Assembly: GCF_036321535.1 (NCBI RefSeq)
Contig: NC_087447.1
Span: forward strand, 37,946,001-38,010,000
Length of the DNA: 64,000 bases
Reading direction: 5' to 3'
Origin: Camelus dromedarius
Lineage: Eukaryota
Under the pieces are notes generated by a model that searched no databases, was not told the DNA's origin, and saw nothing but the letters and a program-made list of their open reading frames with translations. Of the stretch, positions 39,530-49,881 are shown one piece after another (within the stretch, counting starts at the first letter, position 1; each line of letters opens with the position of its first letter). A program made the position numbers and the translations under genes.

Positions 39530-40640
39530 ATATTAGCTATCTATTACCTAAAAACTTAGCAGCTCAGAAGATCAAATATTTATTATCTCACACAGTTTCT
39601 GATGGTAGGCTATCTGGGAGAGGCTCAGGGTATCTCTTGAGGTTGCCTTCCAGGTCTGCCTTAGCTAGGTCTGCAGTCATCTCCAGGCTCAAACAGGGCT
39701 AGAGAATCCACTTCTAAACTCACTCACTTGGTTGTTGACAGGCGTTCATTCCTCACTGGCTATTGGCCAGAGACCTCCATTCCTGAATGCATGGACCACT
39801 CCAAAGCCTGCTTGAATGGCCTCATGACATGGCATCTGGCTTCTCACAGAGGAAGTAGTCCAAGAGGGAGAGAAATGTGAGCAGGTGAGTGAAATCATGC
39901 CTCCAAAGGAATCAGGACTGTTATCTAGGATATAAAAGATTTCCTATAACTCAATAAGAAGAAAAGCTGCCCAATTTAAAAAAAAAAAATGGGCAAAGTA
40001 TTTGAACAGAAATTACACAAAAGAAGATAAACAAATAGCCAATAAACACATGAGAAGATATTTAATTTTTACTAGTCATTAGGGAAATAAAAATTAAAAC
40101 CCACAATGAGATACTGATACAGAGTCATAAGAATGACTGAAATTTAAAAGACAAAAAGTACCAAGCATTGTCAAGGATGTGCGGAGTAAGTTCAATGATC
40201 ATACACTTCTGCTGTAGTATAAAATAACAAAGTCATTTTTTAAAAATAGTTTAATTATATGCACATTTATCATGCCATTTCTAGCTATTTTCTAAGAGTA
40301 ATAACTTCAGCGCTTCACAGAAATACTTGCACATGAATGTTCATAAGAGTGTCATTCATAATAGCTAACATACCATCTATCTATCTATTTACTTTTGGGG
40401 AAATAAATCCTCAGTGGTAGAAATCAGGTCAGTGATTGTGAGGGGAAGAAATTTGGGAGATATAGACTTGAGAGTCCAATGAGAAACATTCCTAGATGAT
40501 GGAAGTATGCCATAACTTTTTTTGTGGTGGTGGTTACGTGGGTTATGTGATACACATTAGGCACGACTCATGGAAATATAAAGTATGTGATTTTTCTATT
40601 AGGTAATTTATATATTATGTAAGCTGACTTTAAAAATAAA
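39530..40640. mobile_element. MaLR LTR fragment (~39530-39870) and old L1 3' end (~39920-40640, +)
   Basis: ttattatctcacacagtttct; caaatagccaataaacacatgagaag...cattagggaaat..aaattaaaac. Confidence 0.65.
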
Positions 40641-41169
40641 ATAAGTTCAAAATATGTAAACTAAAATTTTTTAGAAATGTGAGGGATAATTCACAGAAAC
40701 AAAATAATACTTGGAAACTTTATTGCCCTCCACTCAGGCAAAAAAAATATATATGAATAATGTAATTCATCAATTTAATTACATATCCACAAAGATATCT
40801 GGGTAGGTAGATACAGCTACCAAATTTTATACCTGGGGAGAAATACTTATTTTCTGATGTCTATTAATCATTTATGGGTAAGGATCATATAATAAACCTC
40901 ATAGAAAAATCTCAATTTCCCAAGTAAAAATTAGTAGATACTACTTTCTTAAACCTCAGTGCAAAACCTGGAACTGAATAAGTGAAGTATAATTTTAAAA
41001 GCTAATTTAAATTTTCAAATGCTCTTCTATATAACTTTTGAGTCAAAGTGAAAATCAATACAAAAATTATAGACTACTTTAAATGTGAGATCTCCATATC
41101 TCATAACATGTCAATGGTTAAAGATGAACTCAGAGAACAAAATCAGAGCACTGCATAATTTTATAATTT

Positions 41170-42250
41170 ACTTAACTCAGCAAATATTTATTGATGGCCT
41201 GTCATGTTCTATGAAATATTCTAAGCTCCAGGGATCTAGCCAAGGATACATGTAACTTCCTTCATAGAGTTACATGCTGGGAGAAGGACATAGACAAAAA
41301 AGAAAAAATAATAAGTATGTAACATTTTGCATAGTGTTAAGTTCTATAGATAAAAAATAAAGCTGAATAAGAGACAGAGAGTCATCTGAGAAGGAATGTA
41401 ATTTTGAATATGGTGGTCAGAAAAGTCTTCTCTGAGGTGATTCAGCAGAATTCTAAAGGAAGAGATGGAATCAGACATGTAGACATTTGGGGAACAAGAT
41501 TTTAGGCAAAAAAATTAAAAGTGCAAAAACCCTGAGGAAGCTGGGAGTAAAACAAGCCATGGGCTAGTTGACTAGAGGACAGAGACATGAGATGGGTCAG
41601 ATCATGTGGTACCTCAGGCCCAGAGGGAACCAGAGAGTTGACTACAACACAAAAGAGAAGAAGACTTAACTCCATTCATTCAATAAATATTTATTGAATG
41701 CTGCCTTGTGTCAGGCATACTGTTATGTGTGTAGGGGATTGAGTAATTAACAAAATAGCCATATTCCTGTCTATATGGTACTTACATTGTTTACAGGATG
41801 GGCTACACTTAATAAATCAGCTAAATAAAGTATGTAGTATGACAGTAGATAATAAGTGGTAAATAGGTAAAAATAAAAAAGCAAAGAAGAGTGCTGGGGT
41901 GTGTTGCTGTGCTGAGGTACAATTTCAGAAAGGATAGCCAAGGTAGGTGATATCTGAGTCAAGATCTAGAGGAGATGGGGCCGCTGGGTAAGAGTTCTCT
42001 GCAGAAAGGTACCAGCAGGTGGAAACAACTAAGGGTGCTGGTGCCTGTGGATATAGAATAAGGGGTAGTAAGAAGGCCAGTGTGAAGGAGAAGTAGGATG
42101 TCAGAAGAGGCAGTAATGGGACTGGTGATGATAGGAAGATAAACTCACACCCTGTAAGCCATTGCAATGACCCAGGTGTTTACTCCTTGAGGTAGAGAGT
42201 CAATGGAGTATTCTATTTCTAAGGGAAACATGGCCTGCTGTATCTTTTGG
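41170..42250 (-). mobile_element. L2 LINE fragments
   Basis: Two L2 3'-end motifs (tcagcaaatatttattga; ttcattcaataaatatttattgaatg) with L2-like body. Confidence 0.7.
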
Positions 42251-43149
42251 CTAAGGTAGGGGTAAGGTATATTTTTAATATAGACCGAATGGGACCAAGG
42301 CTCATAATTCTTTGTGCTTCAGGGGAAATAATAGAGACAGTAGGTAGGAGGATATGACTTTTCTAACTAAAAAACCTCATTTACTGACTTTCCACCAGTG
42401 AAACTGGCTGCCCAGTCACCTTGGAAGTTATAGTCAGAAGCTGGTCACTGGCACTTGCAGCAGATGCCCAGGGATATTGGAGCTGTGAAATTCCTATATC
42501 AAATAAGCATCTAGACCCTATGACATCCCACATTCCTTCCAATACTGAGTGTCTCTGATTCCATAGCATGTATCACCTCAGTCTCCCCCAGTTAGAATAT
42601 AAGCTACATGAATGCAGGGAGTTTTGTCCTGTTCATTGCTCTATTTCTGGAGCTTAAATAGTGTCAAGCATATAGAAGACACTCAGTTATTATTTGTTAA
42701 ATATAGGAATTCTCTGCTAAACTTATTGCAGGACCCTAAGCAATGCACTCTTCTTCTCTGCACCTCAGAGAGTAAAAAGTTGGATTCGATGTCATCTGAC
42801 AATCTTTCCAAGTCTGCCAGTCTGTGATCCCATTTCATACTGTGAGCCATTGTTCTAAAGGGCTTTGTAGGCTATGGGGTATATGAAGGGGTGATCCTGG
42901 GGAGGAAAGGCACGGATTGGTAGGGGCAAGCCTGAGTCAGAGCGAAGTGAACAGATAACTTCTGGGGCTGGGGACCAGGGCAGTCTCTGAAAATAAGTGT
43001 GAATGTCTCTTTGAGATGCAGGGGGTTCTAATTCCTATAAGGGTGGACCCACCCCGAGCATGTTGTCTTTGCCTCATTTGAGCCAGCCTGGTCAACAAAG
43101 TGTTCACAGGTCCCTGAGATTGTCATGGGAAAAACAGCAAAAATAGCAG

Positions 43150-43584
43150 CAGGGACTCCTTTTAAGTGTATTGAAAATACAGTTTTTTACCTGGATGAAG
43201 TGCACAATGAGAACATTTCTTTACGTGAAGAGTTCCCTAGAGGCACAGCATTACTGTGTGTCCCCCAGACCCCCACAAGGCAGTGATTTCATGTCCCCCT
43301 GAGGTTTAGTAGAGCTGCGGCCATCAACAGGTTGACTGACAGGGCTCAGATTTGCTACCAGATAAACCAATGAGACATGAGTTACATCGATTGGATACAG
43401 AATCAAATATAAAAATGATGCACACTAGGTAACTGCAATAATTTTGTTCTGCATTTAGTTTATTTCAGGGAAGAGAGTGTTTTCAGTATCAACAAGCATG
43501 CATGCATGTGTATCATCCATGCTATTTTTTAGTAAGTTGCTTTCATTGCAGATGAAAAGAAGTAGAGTTCAGCTTCATGGTGAC
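43150..43584 (-). other. CRSP1: CRSP1 terminal non-coding exon (3'UTR)
   Basis: Acceptor tttttctacctag|GTCACCATGAAGCTGAACTC; resembles the CALCA/CALCB last exon (e.g. CTCATTGGTTTATCTGGTAGCAAATCT, AAACCTCAGGGGGACATGAAATCACTGCC). The 3' end is approximate. Confidence 0.8.
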
Positions 43585-43939
43585 CTAGGTAGAAAAAAAA
43601 GCTAGAATTTAATTACTCATTAGTTGAGAGGCTCTTGTCATGAATTATCCCAATTACTTTTTATATTGATTATAACAGGTAGGTACTACTGTTGTCTTCA
43701 GGTTACATGTGGAAGCTGAGGCACAGGGAGGGTCTGGTCCATGGTCATAGAATTAGTAGAGGAAAAACACAGTATTTACACTCAATTGTGAATTCAGATG
43801 TATGGACATAGTAGAGTAAATTCCAAAAGGATAGGATAATCACCTTTCAAACTCAAGTGTTAGAAGAATCACAATTGTAACCCACCCCTGCAATACCCAG
43901 TCATTTATCCTCCCATCTGACAGTATAAAGGGCAGTCAC

Positions 43940-44124
43940 CTTCTTCCTAGAATCATTTCACTGCTTAGATCCAATAGTTCCTGCGGCGCCCACCGTAAAT
44001 TTTGAAACCCATCTTGGTGGGCAACAAGTTGGTCTTCACCATGCTCCCAGATCTGCTCAGCAAGCCTGCCAGCCGATGGGTCATGCATGTGGCAGTGTTG
44101 CAGGATCTCTTCTGGGCAGTGATG
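43940..44124 (-). CDS. CRSP1: CRSP1 exon 4 (mature peptide 44105..43992, stop TAA 43967..43965, short 3'UTR)
   Basis: Acceptor ctttttctccttcctgcaaatcag|C with CACTGAC branch-like motif; Cys2-Cys7 ring, Gly-Arg-Arg-Arg amidation/cleavage signal; donor GAAG|GTGACT, equivalent to the CGRP exon of CALCA. Confidence 0.95.
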
Positions 44125-44919
44125 CTGATTTGCAGGAAGGAGAAAAAGAGAAAGTCTGTCAGTGAGAGGTTGAATGCAGGTGCTGCCCCATGGGATCATC
44201 ATGGAAAATTACTGTTCTGAGAGGCACCAGTAAGTCTTAAGTATTTCTGCTAGAAACAGTCATCATAGCAGAAAATCATAGGTCATTAGGGAAACTCCCC
44301 ATAGACATTTCCAAGGGTGTCAGAAAACCCAAAGGTGGCTCCATTATAGTCCTTCCTTGGCATGAAAATAGGGAGGGGATGTCCTGTGCTCAGGGGGCAG
44401 GGAACCTCACCTGGAGCCCCCAGTCATCTGCCCATCCAGCTCACGGGACTTCATCTGCTCATAGTCATTCACCATGGCAGCCAGTAGGAGGCGCGATTCC
44501 TCTTCAGTGAGTGTAGCAGGATCAAAGCGACCAGCAAAGCGCGACCTGGGAAAGAGAAGCAATCCCAGCACAGGCTCTGAGCCCCTGCCTGATCCCTACC
44601 TGGGATAAGCAACCAGGTTTCCTGATTTCTGCCACTTCCCCTGAGGATGTGGCCACCCCAGCTCTCAATGAACAGGGTATGAGTCTGTCCCAACTCTCAA
44701 TGAACCATCTCTGACCCCTCAATCGTCCCACCCACCCCTCAAGAGCCAGATACAGCACAGCACAACTCAGAACACAGGCTTGTATGATACCAGGGGCTAT
44801 AGGAGGTGGGAGCACTCCTAGCCGGGCTCTTACCTGAGTGGCGCTGCGTGGAACATGCCCACCTGGTACAGGACCAGGATGCTGAGGACCAGCAAGGGGG
44901 AGAACTTCCAGAACCCCAT
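43965..44919 (-). CDS. CRSP1: Calcitonin receptor-stimulating peptide 1 (CRSP-1) prepropeptide, 126 aa; spliced CDS join(44919..44834, 44545..44411, 44124..43965)
   Basis: Three coding exons (86+135+160 = 381 nt) with GT/AG boundaries and phase-2 introns give an open frame: signal peptide [25 protein letters not shown], pro-region [28 protein letters not shown] site, [46 protein letters not shown]. Closely matches the porcine CRSP-1 precursor as I recall it. Confidence 0.95.
44411..44545 (-). CDS. CRSP1: CRSP1 exon 3 (N-terminal propeptide)
   Basis: Acceptor cttctctttcccag|G and donor TCCAG|GTGAGG; 135 nt encoding [44 protein letters not shown]. Confidence 0.95.
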
Positions 44920-44928
44920 GATGCCTCT
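44834..44928 (-). CDS. CRSP1: CRSP1 exon 2 (9 nt 5'UTR, ATG at 44919, signal peptide)
   Basis: Acceptor tttcccttgcag|AGAGGCATCATGG and donor CTCAG|GTAAGA; 86 coding nt, as in CALCA-family exon 2. Confidence 0.95.
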
Positions 44929-45984
44929 CTGCAAGGGAAAATGATGTCACCCTGCAGCAGTTCCAGGTTCTGTGAGCCCACAGACCCAGACTCTGCTCCT
45001 GCCTCTCCCTCTAACTTCCTGGCATCCTGGCTTGAGACTGGTCATGTCATTTCCCTTCACCATTGTTTTCTCCTCAGCCAAGTGCACTGCTGGAAGTTCC
45101 AGTGAGCCTGTAGCATGCCTGGTTGGGCAAAGAAACCTCACAGGACAACTGGGTGAGGAAGTCTCATTCCATAGCCCCCTCCCCAGCACCCACACACTCT
45201 CATAGACAACCTGTTGGCCAGGACTCCTCGGAGGACAGACTTGGAGTACCCTGTCACCACAGCTTTTCCCATAGTACAACACAGACCTTTCTCCCCGGTG
45301 TGGGGATTTTGCTCATACCAGGCAGGGGAGCAAGGAGTAGAGAAGGTATCTCTCTGAAGTTTGAATCCCTCAAAAACGTAAGAACCAAATTCTACTGTTC
45401 AGCTGCTCTACACTTTGGCAAAGAGTGCCCTGTAAAAAGCAAACTGGTAGTCTCAAATTGTGATCCAGGAATTATACTGGGAAGATAAGGTCCGACCTAA
45501 ACTGGAGCTTGTTTTTAATAGTTACCTGCCCCTCAGTCTTTGCACCTAATTACCACCCGCTTGCGCTATCCCGGGTTCTGAACCCCTTTCCCCTGGACCA
45601 CTAGGTTCAAGACATGATCCTTGAGCGCACGTTCCCCAAATCTATTCTTGCGTCCTGATCTGCGAGAGATGCCTGCGACGCTCCAGGATCCCAAATGGAC
45701 CTAAGCACGTGTGCAGCTGAAGACAGCGAGACTGGAGCCCGCTTCAGCACGGGAAGAGTGGAGCTGGGAGTCTGCGAACTGAGAGCATCCAGAGTTACCT
45801 GTGGAAAGAGGCTGCGACGAACTGCGGATTAATGTAGATTGTGTGTTAAAGAGACCCAGACAACAGTGGATAGAGACTCTGAGACGGGAAAAGAGATCAG
45901 CTAAGAAAAAGTGATGGAGAGAGAGGGAAGGGAAAAGAGTAAGAGAGAAACACAATCACAGCCAAGCAGGAATCTCTGGCTTAC

Positions 45985-46095
45985 CTGGCAGGAGGTGGCT
46001 GGGAGCAGAAGAGGGAGCCGCGGCAGTAGCTTTGGCGTCAGGCGATGGCACTGTGGAAGAAGTGGCAGAGACACGACCTAGGCAGTGCCTCTGAT
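45985..46095 (-). other. CRSP1: CRSP1 non-coding exon 1
   Basis: Donor GCCAG|GTAAG at 45985/45984; begins ~25 nt downstream of an AATAA TATA-like box; resembles CALCA exon 1 (ATCAGAGGCACTGCC...AGCCACCTCCTGCCAG). TSS is approximate. Confidence 0.85.
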
Positions 46096-46118
46096 TCCTC
46101 CCACACCAGCAGCTGCTC

Positions 46119-46366
46119 TTATTCCCGCTGCTCTGAGTCTGGGGTGGTTCAAGAGCTCCGGGCAACCAATGAGGGGAAGGATCCTGAGCCCCAGAAGGAT
46201 TGTGTCACCACTTCCGTCTAGAACCTGGAGCATCCAGAAGGACCACCCCTATTGTATTTGCATTGAGGTCACTGATGGCGGGGGTGGAAGGGGAGAGTGG
46301 GGGGCGCTGAGGACCAACGAAAAACACAGGTAAAGTGAGCAGGAATTTGAAGACAGTTTGACGTCA
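46119..46366 (-). promoter_or_regulatory. CRSP1 proximal promoter: AATAA TATA-like box (46119-46123), CCAAT (~46165-46169), CRE-like/octamer TGACCTCAATGCAAAT (46256-46271), palindromic CRE TGACGTCA (46359-46366)
   Basis: Motifs read directly; order and spacing agree with the described calcitonin/CGRP promoter (CRE plus CRE-like/octamer); CpG-rich context. Confidence 0.8.
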
Positions 46367-47060
46367 TGGTAAACTTCACCTGTTCGATTCTGCGGGTTTT
46401 GAACACGCACCCGACTCCATCCCTAGGTGTGCGATCTTGTAGGGCAGAGTCCAGCATTACAGGTAATCCTGGCTCCCCGAAATCTGACTGTAGACCCCAC
46501 TAAAAATGCCACTTGCAGGTTAGTGCACAGCAGAGTTGATGATTCTGTGCTCAACCAGAGTGTCTGATTCAAGCAGCTGGAATTACCCACCCGGGGGCAG
46601 AGCAATGGGAATCAAGAGGTAGAGGTTCAAGAACTTGTCAGACTTAACCTGTATTCCAGCTGTGCCTTTTCCAGACGGTAAGACCATGGGCTAGAAATGT
46701 CTAGCACCTCAGTGTACTCATCTTTGAAATGGGGATCAGATTCCTGTCTTAAACGAATGTTCTCATTGGTAACCATGTACCTGTTTCCCAGCTAGGTAGG
46801 GATTGGAAGAGCTTCCTGAGAAAGCTCAAGGGGGATTCTGTGGGATCGCATCCTACTTTCCCACTCCCCACCTTGTGTGGATTCCTAGAGTCAACGCTGG
46901 GTGGTCCATGTGTGGGGAAGGAGGGGCGGGATGCCCCGCTGGGCTTGAGCAGGGAGGTGTGAGCAATAGATGGATGCTTCCTAAGCCTCCCGGCAGACCT
47001 CCAGCCCCGCCCCTTCTCCCCCACCATTCATCACCTAAAACTCATCCACCTTCCCGAACC

Positions 47061-47075
47061 ATTTGCCCAGCTGCC
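47061..47075 (-). promoter_or_regulatory. HLH/octamer-like (HO) neuroendocrine enhancer core GGCAGCTGGGCAAAT
   Basis: About -970 from the TSS; one mismatch to the rat CT/CGRP enhancer core GGCAGCTGTGCAAAT (recalled); E-box CAGCTG intact. Confidence 0.65.
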
Positions 47076-49559
47076 CCTTGCTTCCGGCTGCTGTTTACCA
47101 AGATGTTCCAGTGTCGCGTGACATCAGCCCCTCACCCACATCTACTGCAATTCAGTCCTTTGCTAGAAAGCCCGCCAAGCTTGACAATACTGAAGAGTCT
47201 TGCGGAGTGTAATCCTCACATTCAATTCCAGCCATACTCTTACACACACACAAACTCAGAGTTGTCTCCAAACATGTGCCCACTCCCAAACCACAGATAC
47301 TCACAAAATGACATGACCACAAGAACATCCACGTGGCGTTCACACTCAATCTCGCCTCAAGCACGCACACACCGAAACAATGAGGACCTGCATCCATGAA
47401 ACGTGAACTTACTCTCCAGGTTAAGTGTGTTCCGCAACACCCAGTTACCCAGCACCTCCACCATCCTACATCCTGCACAACAGCTTTCCAGTTCTCTGTG
47501 TCGGGCTGCTGCTCTAAGACCACCTGAAGGTCCAAGGTCCTGACTTGCTATCCTCTGTGGGAACAATGCAGAAAAAGAAGCTTCCCATTGTCTCCAAAAT
47601 CACCGGATCTGAGCCCACAGCGCATGATACACCGCAGCCCGTACACCATTGAGCGCGGCAAGCACTGCAGCGGCATCGGAAGCCGGTGGGGGGCAGCAAG
47701 GACCCCAGCTAGGTGGTTATCCCAGGCAGAGCCAAAACGCGCCTCAGCTGTGCCATGAGTGACCCAAACCACAAGTCTGCGCCACACTGCTCGGTGTCCA
47801 GAAGCCTCACTGTTTCCTTGGACATGCCTGCCTCTTGCCGCATTTCTTTCCGTTGAGAGGATGATGGTCTCCGGGCTCAGGACACGTAACTTCCAAGATG
47901 CCCTTATTCAACTTTTCTCCTTTTTAACTCTAGAGGCAGCACTGCCCGAAGGCAGTAAAATCTCTGTCAGGGGTAGTAGGTGCCTGAAGCTAACTCTCCT
48001 CGGGACAGACTCACAATGGGGCAAGGAACCTGAGAATGGAATTGTAGGAAGCATGCGCTGGCTTAGGCACACAGCCGGGAAAGGGGAGAGGTGCAAGGGA
48101 AGACTTTCAGGACGGCAAATCACTGGCTGACTGCGTCCTGGAGGTTAGAAACAGACGTTCAGGGCTGAGACAAAAACATGAGTTTTGGGGCTCGGCAGTT
48201 AGGGTCCTGAGCCCTGGAGTGGGCTTTCAGAGAAAAGCAGCAAGACTACATTGGCAAACGTGGCACAAGGGATACTTTTGCATGTAAATTGGGCTCTGCC
48301 ACTTAGGGCTGTTGTAGGTGAGTCTTTAACTCTCAAGTGCTAAGCTCTTTTGCGGAAATGACTACCAAGACTTAAGGTTTCTGACATATGAATTTATAAG
48401 TATGTGTGTCTGTGGACTGCATCTTCCCGAAGAGAGATCCACAACTTTCACCTATGCAACGGTGACTGCAAAATGGTTAAGAAACGACTACTTTAGAAAA
48501 CGAATTTGTATCCATGTGACTTTGTGGGCTCAGAGCCCTACCCCTGCCTGCCACGTGTGCCTTTAATCTGCAAAGTCTACAATCATTCCTCACTCAAATC
48601 TTTGGCTGCGACAAATAAAGGGCTGGTGATACGGAGCAGGAATCAGGGTTTGCACCCAGAGGGTGCTAACATAGCCTCCAGCAGTTTTAAGCTTTACTGT
48701 AAAAGTCAATCTCTCCAGATAGGGAGGAACTGAGATTAACTCCTCCCTCAAGTACTCTGAATTACTTGAAGTCCCTGGTGCTGAGCTGGGGACAAGGTTC
48801 AAAAACAAACAAATCTCCTTTTCTTTGGCACTTAGCACCGTGTCTTGCACATCAGGTGGCACTCACCCAATGTTTCTTAAAAGAATGCAAATTAATTTCC
48901 TCTGGCAAATTTACCAGCCAGTCTCACCAATATTACAGGGCTCTAATCCCAGCCTGCAGAGAATCCCCTCCTATTACTTAGAGCAGCATTCTGCTTGGAT
49001 TCCAAAATTGTGAGCACAAACATTTCAGACCGACTCCTCCGTTTTATTTGTCACGCAGAGTTGGTTTCTGGATAGAAGTCTGTGGGAATGGGACAGGGAT
49101 ATGAGGGTAACCCCTAGGGTTCTTTCTCAAGGCTAAGATGTCCTAGTGTGAAATACAAAACCTTTCTCCTCTGAGCCCATCCCTGATTTACCGAGTAAAC
49201 TCAAAAAGTTGAGAAGACCTTAGCACACTGCACACAGCCTTCCCTGAAGCTTCTTCCAACTGAAGCACTAAACAGAGCGTGATCTAGAGAAAGTCACCAA
49301 GGAAAACCCTGATTTTACAATGGATACCTGACTAGTTGGCACTTGATTGTACAATCTTATTTCATAACTTTTAAACCTGGAAATCAGCATCAGGTGGAAA
49401 CAATCTCATTTTGGGGGGAGGATTGCAACGTTCCAATAATCTCCAACTGCAATGTTTATTTCCATTCATTTAAATCAGATTTCTGTACTTCTTACGTAAA
49501 TTTTTTAGAAAGATAATTTATCAGGGTATGCCAGATACCTCTATCTGGTTGAAAATACT

Positions 49560-49712
49560 TTTTATTTTTTCAATTTTTTTCCAGTTTTATTGAGATGTAA
49601 TTAACACACAGCAATGCGTAAGTGTAAGGTGTACAGCATGATGATTTGACATACATACATGACATGATTATCTCAATAAGTTTACTGAACATCCATCATC
49701 TCATATAGATGA
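49560..49712 (-). mobile_element. Short L1 3'-end insertion, specific to unit B
   Basis: ttttattgagatgtaatt...gtgtacagcatgatgattt; flanked by similar tgaaaatactttt / tgaaattctttt; absent at ~5075 in unit A. Confidence 0.75.
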
Positions 49713-49839
49713 ATGAAATTCTTTTGTGAGTTTCCACTCAAATAGAAAGGTTACACCTAAAGGCCTACTTTCCTAATTCTATAAAATATGCATGTGAAAT
49801 AGGCTCATCAACAGTAACAACACCACAATGGTAACAACC

Positions 49840-49840
<1 letters not shown>

Positions 49841-49879
<39 letters not shown>
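49841..49879 (+). repeat. (CAG)13 perfect trinucleotide repeat
   Basis: Counted directly; intergenic, about 3.7 kb upstream of the CRSP1 TSS. Confidence 0.95.

Positions 49880-49881
<2 letters not shown>

Noticed and set aside
43936..44202. Track ORFs overlapping CRSP exons (43936..44202, 44522..44950, 382..627)
   Set aside because: These are off-frame readings; the real frame is defined by splicing.
44524..44545. Possible extra amidated peptide APLRSRFA-G-R in the propeptide
   Set aside because: The monobasic Arg has upstream basic residues at P5/P7 rather than P4/P6/P8 and Phe at P1', so convertase cleavage is unlikely.
46803..47399. Longest ORF in the track (198 aa, + strand) and its partial twin at 2793-3074
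   Set aside because: Lies in GC-rich upstream regulatory DNA, the frame is not preserved in the paralogue, and there is no recognisable domain.
49841..49879. CAG repeat as a polyglutamine exon
   Set aside because: No supported ORF or splice context, and the paralogous site is not a conserved coding frame.
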